Positions 49,413 to 63,902 are shown, counted from the first letter of the stretch. The stretch is 64,000 nt of DNA from Eledone cirrhosa (GCA_964016885.1 OZ024762.1:1178001-1242000), one strand, 5' to 3'. Made by a program: numbers and translations. The notes: generated from the letters alone by a model not told the origin.

Positions 49413-49463
49413 AACAGGCTGAATGAGTTGGGCCCAGAACCCAACGAAACTCAAGGACCTGTT
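49413..49463 (+). ncRNA. Hammerhead-like motif (CUGAAUGA core, cleavage-site U mutated) in an inverted duplication
   Basis: AACAGG/CCTGTT; CTGAATGA; GTTGGG/CCCAAC; GAAA; CTCAAG-GA. The opposite arm (49340-49385, minus) keeps UA. Confidence 0.55.
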
Positions 49464-49548
49464 TATGTCACTGTTGTAATTATTTATACTAAACTCGTCC
49501 TTTGGACTGAGTGCGCTTACCCTTGGATATTTCTACCAAACTGTTACC

Positions 49549-49610
<62 letters not shown>

Positions 49611-49888
49611 CAAAAGGCATATTCAATTTGTTGGTAATTCAACAAATATAAATGTTTATAACTGATTCAGAGCACTCAACAGGTTTTCTGGAGTATAATA
49701 TTCAATGATATTAAATAAATGGAAACTATATTTATAAAACCATATTTATTCTATTATATATATTTCAGGGTAGTACACTTTCATCAAATAAAATACGAAG
49801 TGTGTTTTATAAATTTTGACATAACCAAGGAAAATATACCTTAACGGTTCAAGTTTTCCTTGGATAGTGTATATTGTATATATATATG

Positions 49889-49954
<66 letters not shown>

Positions 49955-50067
49955 GGAAAACGAAGAATCAGTGATTCATCAGAACACAATTTAATACGTA
50001 TTACAAATGTTTCTCCGGTAAACAGCTCCCTTTCTCAGAGAAAGAGGATTTGCTTCGAAATCACTAG

Positions 50068-50159
50068 ACGTATCTGAGGAACTTGCGAATCCAGAGTCAA
50101 GTTCGATCCACAAACAGATCGCACCTCAAGCTGTTTGTGGAGAAACAATTGTAATACGT
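50068..50159 (+). ncRNA. Variant hammerhead with a hairpin inserted at core position 7
   Basis: ACGTAT/ATACGT; CTGA-G-[GAACTTG..CAAGTTC]-GA; 11-bp stem II TCCACAAACAG/CTGTTTGTGGA; GAAA; CAATTG; UA. Confidence 0.65.
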
Positions 50160-50871
50160 AATAAATTGTGTTCCGATGCATCACTGATTCTTCGTTTTCT
50201 ATATTATTATACTCTGCACTGAAGGAGCATAGACTGCTCAACTGTCATAGCGCCTATGGATGCATCCTAGCAACCTATATAAATCATCATCATCATCATC
50301 ATCATTTTACGTCCGCTTTTCCCTGCTTGCAAGGGTGGGATGGGAACTGATTCTGGCTTGATTTCTACAGCTGGATGCCCTTCCTAACACCAACCTCTTA
50401 TATATATATAGAATAGAGCAAACATCACGGGCGCTCTATCTCAAAATTATTTTTGAAAATCATTAGAAATGCGCAACCGGTAAAACTTAAAACCAAAACT
50501 GAATACTAACCAATACTATAACTAATTTTCACTTATTCCTAATTAAACTATTTTTCACTGTGAACAATTTGTCAGCATTTTCTTTTCCGTTTACCAATAT
50601 ATATATATATAAATGAATAAAAATAATGAATAAAAACAAAGAAACAGTTCCTTATATTAAAAAATTATATTAAAATATATATTAAAAAAATTTTTAATAT
50701 AAGGAACTGTTTCTTTGTTTTCATTCATTATTTTATTAATTTATCTTGACTCTGTTTTCCTGTGTTTTTCATCGAAAAAATTTTAAATACATCTCTTTTC
50801 ATGCTATTTGGATTGCATTGAGTTCTTCATACGGATTGGACACTACCGTATATTTTGGTAGATTTATCTAC

Positions 50872-50917
<46 letters not shown>

Positions 50918-52560
50918 CATCATCATCATCATCATTTTACGTCCGCCCCTCCCTGCTTGCAAGGGTGGGACGGATATATATATATATCATCATCATCATC
51001 ATCATCATCATCGTTTAACGTCCATCTTCCACGCTTGCATGGGTTTGGACGGGAATTTTCCCACTTCCCGTCCAAATCCATACACTGCCGCCTACACTGT
51101 ACCACCATCACTACCACCTACACAACACCACCACCTACACAGCACCACCACCACCACTACCACCTACACTGCCACCTACACAGTACCACCACCACCACTA
51201 CCACCATCACTACCACCTACACAGCACCACCACTACCACCATCACTGCTGTCTACACACCACCACCACCATCATCTACACCAAAGCCACCACCACCATCA
51301 CGACCACCCACCTTACCACCACCACCATACTACCACTACACCACCACTGCCATACCACCACCACCATACCACCACCTCCACACCACCAACACCACCACCA
51401 CACCATACCACCATACCACCACCACCACCACCAGAACATACTGAATTCTTCACATGCCAAGCCATAACAAGATTCCTAGTAATATTGCATCACTTGTCTA
51501 CCTCCTCCCCCTCCCTTAGTTCTCTTTGCTCACCCTCAAATGAGGGGAGGGGTCGTAGGATGGTAAGACAGGGCAATAGTGGGGTGGTGGTGGTGGTGGT
51601 TGTGGTGGTGGTGGCAGTGGTTGTGGTGGTGGTGGTGGTGTTGTAGCTAAACACATACCATAGCATCACCAACAACTCATAACTCTGCCATTACCATCAC
51701 CACCATCATCATCAACATCATAATCATTACCATCACCATCATCATCATCATCAACATCAACATCATAATCATTATCATCAACATCATAATCATTATCATC
51801 ATCACAACCCCAACCATCATCATCAGCATCACCATTTTATGTCTATTTTCCCCATGGTTTGTTCGATGCCCTACCTAACACCAACCACTTTACAGAGCGT
51901 ACTGGGTGCTGAGACAGCTCTACTGGGCAGGTCATATCACATGCCTGAACGACTCTGGGATGCTAAAGGCAGTTTTCTACAGTGAACTACGTCAAGGTAA
52001 GTGAAACCAAGGGACCCCTCGGAGACACTTCAAGCGACATCTGGTCCAAGACAATATTGATCACAGCAAATGGGAACAATGAAGGTGCATGGCTCAGTGG
52101 TTAGAGCATTGGGCTTGCAATCAAAAGGTTGTGAGTTCAATTCTCAGACCGGGTGATGTGTTGTTTCCTTGAACAAGACACTTTATGTCACATTAATCCA
52201 GTTTACTCAGGTGTAGAAATGAGATTATAGGGACTGGGGTCCCTATCATTAAATTACTCCAAGACACCTCCAACGAGATATACCTTGAAGGAGGCCAGCT
52301 AAAGCTGCACAGGTGGGAACTGTGGCAACAACAATGGGAACACCTGGCAGAGGAATGGAGAGTGACCATAAAAATAGCTGCAGCCAGCTTTGAAGAGGAC
52401 AGAAAGGTGTCAACTGATGACAGACATTAAGGAAGAAAGCTGTCACCCAACCAACTCACCAAGTACAGAACCTGCCCCAACTGTAGCAGAGATTGCAGGT
52501 CCACGATTGGCCCCTACAGCCACCCCAGAGTGGGAGACTGCACGGAACAGGACAACCATC

Positions 52561-54620
52561 TGGTGGTGGTGGTGGTGGTGGTGGTGGTGGTGGTAGTGGT
52601 GGTGGTGATGTGGTGGTGGTGGTGGTGATGGTGGTGGTGGTGGTGTAGTGGTGATGTCATGATGGTGTTTGTAGTAATGTCATGGTGTTGGTAGTGGTGA
52701 TGTCATGGTGGTGGTGGTGGTGTAGGGTGTAGTGGTGTTGGTAGTTGTGGTGGTGGTGGTGTAGTGGTGTTGGTAGTTGTGGTGGTGGTGGTGTAGTGGT
52801 GTTGGTAGTTGTGGTGGTGGTGGTGTAGTGGTGTTGGTAGTTGTGGTGGTGGTGGTGTAGTGGTGTTGGTAGTTGTGGTGGTGGTGGTGTAGTGGTGTTG
52901 GTAGTTGTGGTGGTGGTGGTGTAGTGGTGTTGGTGGTGTAGTGGTATTGGTAGTTGTGGTGGTGGTGGTGTAGTGGTGTTGGTAGTTGTGGTGGTGGTGG
53001 TGTAGTGGTGTTGGTAGTTGTGGTGGTAGTGGTGTAGTGGTATTGGTAGTTGTGGTGGTGGTGGTGTAGTGGTGTTGGTAGTTGTGGTGGTGGTGGTGTA
53101 GTGGTGTTGGTAGTTGTGGTGGTGGTGGTGTAGTGGTGTTGGTAGTGGTGGTGGTGGTGTAGTGGTGTTGGTAGTTGTGGTGGTGGTGGTGTAGTGGTGT
53201 TGGTAGTTGTGGTGGTGGTGGTGTAGTGGTGTTGGTAGTTGTGGTGGTGGTGGTGTTGGTAGTTGTGGTGGTGGTGGTGTAGTGGTGTTGGTAGTTGTGG
53301 TGGTGGTGGTGTAGTGGTGTTGGTAGTTGTGGTGGTGGTGGTGTAGTGGTGTTGGTAGTTGTGGTGGTGGTGGTGTAGTGGTGTTGGTAGTTATGGTGGT
53401 GGTGGTGTTGATAGTTATGGTGGTGGTGGTGTAGTGGTGTTGGTAGTTGTGGTGGTGGTGGTGTTGATAGTTATGGTGGTGGTGGTGTAGTGGTGTTGGT
53501 AGTTGTGGTGGTGGTGGTGTTGATAGTTATGGTGGTGGTGGTGTAGTGGTGTTGGTAGTTGTGGTGGTGGTGGTGTTGATAGTTATGGTGGTGGTGGTGT
53601 AGTGGTGTTGGTAGTTGTGGTGGTGGTGGTGTAGTGGTGTTGGTAGTTATGGTGGTGGTGGTGTAGTGGTGTTGGTAGTTGTGGTGGTGGTGGTGTAGTG
53701 GTGTTGGTAGTTGTGGTGGTGGTGGTGTTGGTAGTTATGGTGGTGGTGGTGTAGTGGTGTTGGTAGTTGTGGTGGTGGTGGTGTTGATAGTTATGGTGGT
53801 GGTGGTGTAGTGGTGTTGGTAGTTGTGGTGGTGGTGGTGTTGATAGTTATGGTGGTGGTGGTGTAGTGGTGTTGGTAGTTGTGGTGGTGGTGGTGTTGAT
53901 AGTTATGGTGGTGGTGGTGTAGTGGTGTTGGTAGTTGTGGTGGTGGTGGTGTTGATAGTTATGGTGGTGGTGGTGTAGTGGTGTTGGTAGTTGTGGTGGT
54001 GGTGGTGTTGATAGTTATGGTGGTGGTGGTGTAGTGGTGTTGGTAGTTGTGGTGGTGGTGGTGTAGTGGTGTTGGTAGTTATGGTGGTGGTGGTGTAGTG
54101 GTGTTGGTAGTTGTGGTGGTGGTGGTGTAGTGGTGTTGGTAGTTGTGGTGGTGGTGGTGTTGGTAGTTATGGTGGTGGTGGTGTAGTGGTGTTGGTAGTT
54201 GTGGTGGTGGTGGTGTAGTGGTGTTGGTAGTTATGGTGGTGGTGGTGTAGTGGTGTTGGTAGTTGTGGTGGTGGTGGTGTAGTGGTGTTGGTAGTTGTGG
54301 TGGTGGTGGTGTAGTGGTGTTGGTAGTTGTGGTGGTGGTGGTGTAGTGGTGTTGGTAGTTGTGGTGGTGGTGGTGTAGTGGTGTTGGTAGTTGTGGTGGT
54401 GGTGGTGTAGTGGTGTTGGTAGTTGTGGTGGTGGTGTAGTGGTGTTGGTAGTTGTGGAGGTGGTGGTGTAGTGGTGTTGGTAGTTGTGGTGGTGGTGGTG
54501 TAGTGGTGTTGGTAGTTGTGGTGGTGGTGTAGTGGTGGTGGTGTAGTGGTGGTGTAGTGGTGTTGGTAGTTGTGGTGGTGGTGTAGTGGTGGTGTAGTGG
54601 TGTTGGTAGTTGTGGTGGTG
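52561..54620. repeat. GGT-rich minisatellite
   Basis: (GTAGTGGTGTTGGTAGTTGTGGTGGTGGTGGT)n and variants over about 2 kb. Confidence 0.95.
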
Positions 54621-55459
54621 CTGTGTGACACACACAAACTGCTCTTTAATAAAGTTATTGTGTTGGAACGACGAGGGTGGTGGTGGGGTTGATGTGTGGT
54701 GGGAGGGGGTGGGGGGTTTGGTGACAAAGGACTTGTTGAAGGGAGGAGAAGGAGGAGGAGTATGATGTACACAAAGGTGGGGGGAGGAGGGGAAGTAAGA
54801 ACATTCCAGATAAATCTACTTATTGCAGGAAGTTCTACTACAGAAAAAATTCCAACAGGATATCCCACACTTGTACATGTGTGTATATATATGTGTGTAT
54901 ATATATGTGTGTATATATATGTGTGTATATATATGTGTGTATATATATGTGTGTATATATATGTGTGTATATATATGTGTGTATATATATGTGTATATAT
55001 ATGTATATATATATGTGTATATATATATGTGTATATATGTGTGTATATATATGTGTGCATATATATGTGTATATATGTGTGTATATATATGTGTGCATAT
55101 ATATGTGTATATATGTGTGTATATATATGTGTGTATATATATGTGTGTATATATATGTGTATATATATGTATATATATATGTGTATATATATGTGTATAT
55201 ATATGTATATATATATTGATATATATATATTATTACTATATATATATATATATATACACATATATATATACATATATATATATATGTATATACATATATA
55301 TATAGATATATATATATATATATATATACACAGATATATATATTTATATATATATATATATATATATAAATATACACACATATATATATTTATATATATA
55401 TATAAATATCAATAAAAATCCGAGTCTATATTCATTTAGTTTTGGTTTATTAAAATCAT

Positions 55460-55526
<67 letters not shown>

Positions 55527-57369
55527 TATACATACATTTATCACGCATATATATATGTGTGTGTATGTATATATATGTATCTATATATGCATATATATAG
55601 ATACACTTATGCACACACACACACACACATCCTTAAGTATGTGTCTGTTTATGTGTGCGTATGTGTCTGTGTGTGTATGTGTCTGTGTGCGTGTCTGTGC
55701 GTATGTGTCTGTGTGTGTATGTGTCTGTGTGCGTGTCTGTGTCTGTGCGTATGTGTCTGTGTGTGTATGTGTCTGTGTGTGTATGTGTCTGTGTGTGTAT
55801 GTGTCTGTGCGTATGTGTCTGTGTGTGTATGTGTCTGTGTGTGTATGTGTGTCTGTGTGTGTGTGCATGTGTGTGTATGTGTGTGTGTATATGTGTATGT
55901 ATGTGGTATATATATAACTATGTGATCCTGTATCAATATGAAGGTATTAAGCTATATTTAATGTGGTAAATATTAAAATAGTTTTTTAAAAGATGAGATG
56001 TTGCTGTTATTAAGTAATGGTGTTTTTTAGTTAGTTTTGTCTCAGATATTTGTTCTCTTACATTTATACACCGTGTACACAAGTTTCCTAGTGTTGGTGA
56101 CATGGTACAATACACCATGTACACTCTGTAAAGTGGTTGTTGTTAGGAAGGACAACCAGCTGTAGAAAGGCTATCAATCAAAGTGCTGCAAGAACCCTTC
56201 AGTTGTGTCAAAGACATAACAATGTCTGTAGTGCCAGTGACATGGTATAATACACCCTGTACACTCTGTAAAGTGGTTGTTGTTAGAAAGGGCGTCTTCT
56301 TCTTTGCTCACTTAATCCTGAGAAGGTTGTGGGAGGCAGAGTCCCTAAACACTCCTTCCAGCAGGTCCTGTCAGAAGTAACCATCTCCAACTAATCCAGC
56401 AGGGTTCCCAAGTGAGACCAGCCAAGTTCATGGATGTTATCCAACCATCTTGCTCAGGGTCTACCCCTGGGTCTCCTGTTGTTTGGTTTTGCCAGTAAAA
56501 TCTGTCCAGTGATTCTTTACTGAGACATTCTAACCTCATGTCTGTAGTATCAGAGCTGTGATCTCTCAATTCAGAGAAGTAGTGGCTCTACCTGGAGTGA
56601 CTCTCTCATCTCTGAACTACACACTCTATCTGGTAACATTACTCAAAAGACTCTTCATAGGAACCCTATTTGAGCTGCTACTTCTCCTAATTGAGAGATC
56701 ACAGCTCTGATACTATGGACATGTGGTTAGAATGTCTCAGGAAAGAATCATTGGACAGATTTCACAGGCAAAACCAACCAGCAGGAGACCCAGGGGTAGA
56801 TTCAGAGCAAGATGGTTGGATAACATCCATGAGTCTAGCTGGTCTTGCTTAGGGATCCAGTTGGAGACAGGACCTGCTGGAGGGAGTGTTTGAGGGACTC
56901 TGACCCCCCCCCCCCCAGGAATAAGTGGGTGAAAAAGAAAAAGATATATACTATGTCTGAAGGATTAGGTGGAGGCAGGATTGTGATGGCTGTAGTGTGT
57001 GTGGTCAGACAAGGCTGACCAGTGGCCATACAGCAGCAACAGCTGCAGTACTTAACTGCATCACTTGCTTTCTTTCTTTTTCTTTCTTTCTTTTTTTTAC
57101 TTTCTTTTTCCTTTCTTTGTCTCTCTCTCTCTCTGTCCAACACCCCCTCTCTCTCTCTGTACAGCACCCCCATCTCTCTCTCTCTCTCTCTCTTCATTCC
57201 TTACATACCACAACTACTAACTGCCACTAATCACTGCTGACACCACCACCACCACTATACAACAACAACAACAACACCATATCTCCACCACCTCCACCAC
57301 TGTTAGTTCCTGTTGTTGAGGCTGTTGTTGTTGTCATTATTGCTGCAGTTGTGGTTGTTAGAGGCATTA

Positions 57370-57412
<43 letters not shown>

Positions 57413-57656
57413 ACTTCTACTAGTAGTAGTAGTACTACTACTACTAGTAGTAGTATTACTACAACTACTACTACTAGTAGTATTACTACAACTACTACTA
57501 CTAGTAGTACTTGTACTAGCATTATTGTCGTTGACTCATCCACTCCAACAACAACAACAACAAGTTAAGTGAGAGAAGAACTGCAGTGAAATAGTTTTAC
57601 TAGCAACAAGTCGGCCAAAATAATATATACACACATATATATATATATAAATAAAT

Positions 57657-57703
<47 letters not shown>

Positions 57704-57716
57704 CACACACACACAC

Positions 57717-57765
<49 letters not shown>

Positions 57766-57786
57766 AATACACACACACACATATAT

Positions 57787-57821
<35 letters not shown>

Positions 57822-57824
57822 AAT

Positions 57825-57859
<35 letters not shown>

Positions 57860-57884
57860 CACACACACACACATATATATAAAT

Positions 57885-57918
<34 letters not shown>

Positions 57919-58429
57919 TACATTCCATTTGTTTAATATTTTTATAAACCAAACCAAACCATAATATATATATTAATATATATTACCATACACTATATTA
58001 CACTATATTATACTATATTACACTATATTATACTATATTACACTATATTATACTATATTACACTATATTATACTATATTACACTATATTATACTATATTA
58101 TACACTATATTACACTATATTATACTATATTACACTATATTATACTATAATACACTATATTATACACTATATTATACTATATTACACTATATTATACTAT
58201 ATTATACACTATATTACACTATATTATACTATAATACACTATATTATACTATATTACACTATATTATACTATATTATACACTATATTACACTATATTATA
58301 CTATAATACACTATATTATACTATATTATACTATATTACACTATATTATACTATATTACACTATATTATACTATATTACACTATATATATATATACTATT
58401 CTTAATCAACTAACTTTAATTGAACAAAT

Positions 58430-58493
<64 letters not shown>

Positions 58494-58654
58494 GTGTATG
58501 TATATATACATATGTATATATACACACATATGTATGTATATAGAGCGCATGTGCCCAGTTTTTCTCAAGTTTGTAGCCACGACATAAAACAACAACAACC
58601 CTCCTTAAAACGGTAAGTACTTCATCATTGCACCATTTTATTCTTCTTCGTTAA

Positions 58655-58970
58655 TCTAACTCATTCTTTTAACTAACCCCATCTTTCATTCATCTAACCC
58701 CTTCTTTCATTCGTCTAACCTCTTCTTTCTTTCGTCGAACCCCTTCTTTCATTCGTCTAACCCCTTTTTTCTTTCGTCTAACCCCTTCTTTCATTCGTTT
58801 AACCCCCTCTTTCTTTTGTCTAACCCCCTTCTTTCATTCGTCTGACCCCGTCTTTCTTCGTCTAACCCCTTCTTTCATTCGTCTAACCCCTTCATTCTTC
58901 GTCTAACCCCTTCATTCTTCATCTAACCCCTTCTTTCATTCATCTAACCCCTTCTTTCTTCATCTAATTC
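58655..58970. repeat. ~21-bp minisatellite containing CTAACCCC
   Basis: (TCTAACCCCTTCTTTCATTCG)n. Confidence 0.85.
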
Positions 58971-60332
58971 TCACCATCCTCCGGGGAAACGCCTTCTCCA
59001 TTCTGTCCCTCGGGGCCACCGCCCCTTTTTTATACATTTCCGTCCCCTTTTATATTTTTATTTTGTTCATATTACAGACCCCCTCCTCCCTCAGCTCCGA
59101 ATAGCCCCTCTAACACCTGTTACTGTTATTTTCTTATATCTACCTGTCTGCCTATCTCTCTCTCTCTCTCTCTCTCTGCCTATCTCTATCTCTATCTCTC
59201 TACCTGTCTCTCTATCTCTCTACCTATCTATTTCCTACACATAAACATATGTAATATATATATATCTATCTCTATCTATCTACGTCTCCCCACCTCTCTC
59301 TCTCTCTCTCTCATCACATTCTTTCTTCCTATCTTCCATTCTTTCCTTCCATTCTTTCCTTCTCCAAGTTTATCTTCTTCTTTTCCTTCTTCTTTCTGTC
59401 GTTCACAACTTTCCCCCCCCCCTCCTCCCCCTCTATCTTCCTTGTTTTATTCTTATTTTTTATTCTTTATCTTTTAATACTTTTCTTTAGTTTTCGATAT
59501 TTTCGTTCGTTCGTTCTTTCTTTCTTTCTTGCTGGTATTCCACGCACTCTCTCTCTCTCTCTTTGTCTCACCTTCTTTCTCACTCTCTTTTTCCCCTTTT
59601 CCTTCCCCTTCTCTCTACGTCTCATCGTCTTTCTCTCTCTCTCTGTTTTACTTTCTTTCTCTTTCTCACTCCTTTTTCTTTCCCTTTCTCTCTGTCTCAC
59701 CATCTCTCTTCCCTCCCTCCTCCTATTACTTTGTCTCTCCTTTCCTCCTCTCTATCTGTCTCTCTCTACCTCCTCTCTCTGTCACTCCTACATCTCTCTC
59801 TCTTACTTTGTCTCTCCTCTCCCTCTCTCTATCAGTCCTACATTTCTCTCCTATCCCTACCACCACTACCACTATATACTTACATTACTCTATTACAAAT
59901 ACTCATGGATTTGGTATGTACTGCCTCTTGCATTCTTATTAAACATGTGTATACATATATATATATACACACACACACACACATGTGTGTATGTATAAAT
60001 ATATATATATATGTGAGTGTGTCTGTGTTTGTATGTATATATATATATATGCGTGAGCGCATATGAGTGAGTGTATACGTTTATATATATTTATGTGTTT
60101 GTGTATATATATATATATATATTATTCAAAATATTAACAAATGAAAAATATTCTCATAATCAAATTATATACTTTATTATATACATTTCAAAGGTATTGT
60201 GTTGTTTTTTCAGTACGTCCTCATCAGACAAAATATATGATTTGATATATGACATACTGCTACGGTCTTGATTATACAATTCCTGTATATATATATATAT
60301 ATGCGTAAGAGTGTACGAGTTTGTTTATATAC

Positions 60333-60364
<32 letters not shown>

Positions 60365-60689
60365 GCGTGAGCGTGTATATGTTTATATACGTGTGTATGT
60401 ATGTATGTATATATATGTGTGTGTGTGTGTATGCGTGAGCGTGTATATGTTTATATACGTACGTGTGTGTGTATATATCTGTCTATAAGTAATGCTAACT
60501 ATTTACACATGCATGTATGCACAAATATAGATATGTATATATACATATACTTGCATACGTGTATGCATACATGCACGTATGCATGTACATGTATGTATGT
60601 GTATATATATATATGCTTGTGTGTGTGTATATATATATATGTGTGTGTATATATATGTGTGTGTGTATATATATGTGTGTATATATATA

Positions 60690-60734
<45 letters not shown>

Positions 60735-60761
60735 ATATATATATATGTGTGTATGTGTATA

Positions 60762-60813
<52 letters not shown>

Positions 60814-61016
60814 CATGTGTGTGTATATATATATATATATATGCATGTGCTTGTATGTATATAAATGTGTTTGTAGGTGTATAATTATGTATATGTATGT
60901 TTATTTGTATATCTGTGTATATATGTATGGATATGTTTATTAATATATATATATTCCCCTGTAAGTACATAACTGTACTGTTTTATAATTGCAAATCTTG
61001 ATATGCACACACACAC

Positions 61017-61047
<31 letters not shown>

Positions 61048-61092
61048 TATATATATATACACACATATATATATATATATATCATGTTCTCC

Positions 61093-61163
61093 TGTTTTAT
61101 CTGATGAAAACACAAATATTATTGCATGATGATGTTTGTTTTTGAAATGCGCATAATAAAATA
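61093..61163 (+). ncRNA. Type I hammerhead ribozyme, intact core
   Basis: Stem I TGTTTTAT/ATAAAATA; CTGATGA 61101-61107; stem II about 12 bp; GAAA 61144-61147; palindromic stem III ATGCGCAT; cleavage dinucleotide UA 61154-61155. Confidence 0.85.
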
Positions 61164-61269
61164 CATGGAACACCTTTAACCATCTTTTGATCTTATATTA
61201 TATATATATATATACATGCACATATATATATATATATATGTATACACACACACACACACACACATATAT

Positions 61270-61334
<65 letters not shown>

Positions 61335-61459
61335 CATACACACACACACACACACATATACACATATATACACACACATATATATATATACACACACACA
61401 TATATATATACACACACACTTATATATACACGCACACACACACATACACACATATATAG

Positions 61460-61532
<73 letters not shown>

Positions 61533-61699
61533 TATATACACACACACACATATATACACACAGGCACACATATATACACACACACACACACACACATATA
61601 TATACACACACACACACATATATATACACACACATATATATACACACACACACACACATATATACACACACACATATATACACACAGACACACATATAT

Positions 61700-61764
<65 letters not shown>

Positions 61765-61843
61765 GACACACACCTATATATATATAGAGAGAGAGACCAA
61801 CCATAGCTATTACATTGGCTGTTACAGTTGACAGTACTTTTAC

Positions 61844-61931
61844 CTGCAGCTCCAGTGTGCAGTGCTGCACCTGTTGCTGCAGAAACTCTTCACATATCAC
61901 CAGACATCTACCTGGCACAGTACAGTGCACA
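61844..61931 (-). CDS. Isolated internal exon of an unidentified minus-strand gene
   Basis: Complex-sequence island between microsatellites. Acceptor TTTTCCAG|, open frame [29 protein letters not shown], donor CAG|GTAAAA. Confidence 0.55.
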
Positions 61932-63056
61932 CTGGAAAATGCACATGCATGCTTGCACAATTACATATATATGTATATATATTATATATACATACATGTA
62001 TATATATACATGTATGTATATATATTATATATACATACATGTATATATATTATGTATATATATACATGTATATATATATATATATATGTGTGTATATGTA
62101 TATATATATACATATATATATATATGTATATATATTATATATATATATGTGTGTGTATATGTATGTATATGTATATATATGTATGTATATGTATATATGT
62201 ATGTATATGTGTATATATATATATATGTATATATGTATATATATTATATATATATATATATATGTGTGTATATATATATATACACACATATGGATTTATC
62301 AATTTACAGCTCCACAAAGTTATGCATAGGTGTATACATACACACGCATACACACACATACACACACATACACACGTGTGTATATGTGTGTGTGTGTGTG
62401 TAATGATCTAGGGAAGCAGAACTCGTTATTGATAGATTATGTATAATGAATAATATATATATATATGTATATGTGGGTGTTTCTATGTATTTATATGTAT
62501 GTATAAATATATATGCATATATATACATTTGCATATATACATATATATCATCATCATCATCATTTTACGTCCGTTTTTCCCTGCTTGCAAGATGCATATG
62601 TGTATATAGATATATATACATGCATATGTATATACTCATATATATATATTCATATATATACACATATATATATATGCATATATATATACACATATATATT
62701 AATGCATATATATATATACACATCTATATATATGCATATATATATACACACATATATATATGCATATATATATATACACATCTATATATACACACATATA
62801 TATACACACATATATATATGCATATATATATATACATATATATATATACATATATATATATGCATATATATACACATATATATATATGCATATATATATA
62901 TATACACATATATACATATGCATATATATGCATATGCACATATATCTATACACACACATACACACATATATACATAGACACATATATCCATATCTCTCTA
63001 TACACACATATACACACATCCATCCATATCTCTCTATATATACAGACACACACACG

Positions 63057-63096
<40 letters not shown>

Positions 63097-63902
63097 ATGT
63101 CTGTAGTTATGACTAAATCAATCGCGGTAGTTTGTATAATGTGGTTAGAGCCGGTTAGTTACTATGTGAATAATGTTGTGTGGGTGGATGTGGTTGGTGC
63201 TAATGTCGGCTGGCTATGTTGCATAACATAGCAACCTCCGCATGGATAATGTAACTAGAATATAATTGTTTTTGTTTTAGGAACAAGGCCATCAAATTTA
63301 GGAGGGGGAGGGGAAAAATCGATTAAATCGACCTCATCGACCCCAGAGTATTACTGGTACTTTATTATATCAACCCCCAAAATAATGGTTTCTGATTTTG
63401 GCACGAAGCCAGCAATTTGGGGGAAGGGAGGGGAAGTCGACTAAATCCACCCCAGAGTATTACTGGTACTTTATTTTATCAACCCTCAAATATATTTCTT
63501 ACTTATGTAGGCACAAGGCCAACAATTTTGGGCCCAGGAGGGGAATGTTGATTAAATCAACCCCAGTGTATTACCGGTACTTTATATTATCGACGTCGTA
63601 AGGTTGAAAGGCAAAGTTAACCTCGGCGGGATTTGAACTTGGAACGTAAAGGTCCATAGCTCTGTGCTACAAAGCACAATAATGTAATATAATATTGGTT
63701 TTATAGGATTATAATAAATTTCTTTCATATACATACATGCACACACATTCACACAAGCACGTGAATATACGTATGCATATATACCTATTACACCTTAATA
63801 CCCACATACACCCACACACAAAATATATGGCTGATGCTTATATATATATACGCACACATCATCTCACAAATCACAACAAATGCTATAACTTTTGTCGCAT
63901 CA

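Noticed and set aside
50608-50742. AT-rich palindrome
   Set aside because: Same inverted geometry as the ribozyme modules but no core motif seen; treated as a generic fold-back repeat.
58655-58970. Interstitial telomere or telomerase-template-like CTAACCC
   Set aside because: The motif is embedded in a ~21-bp pyrimidine-rich unit, not tandem TTAGGG, and no telomerase RNA structure is visible.
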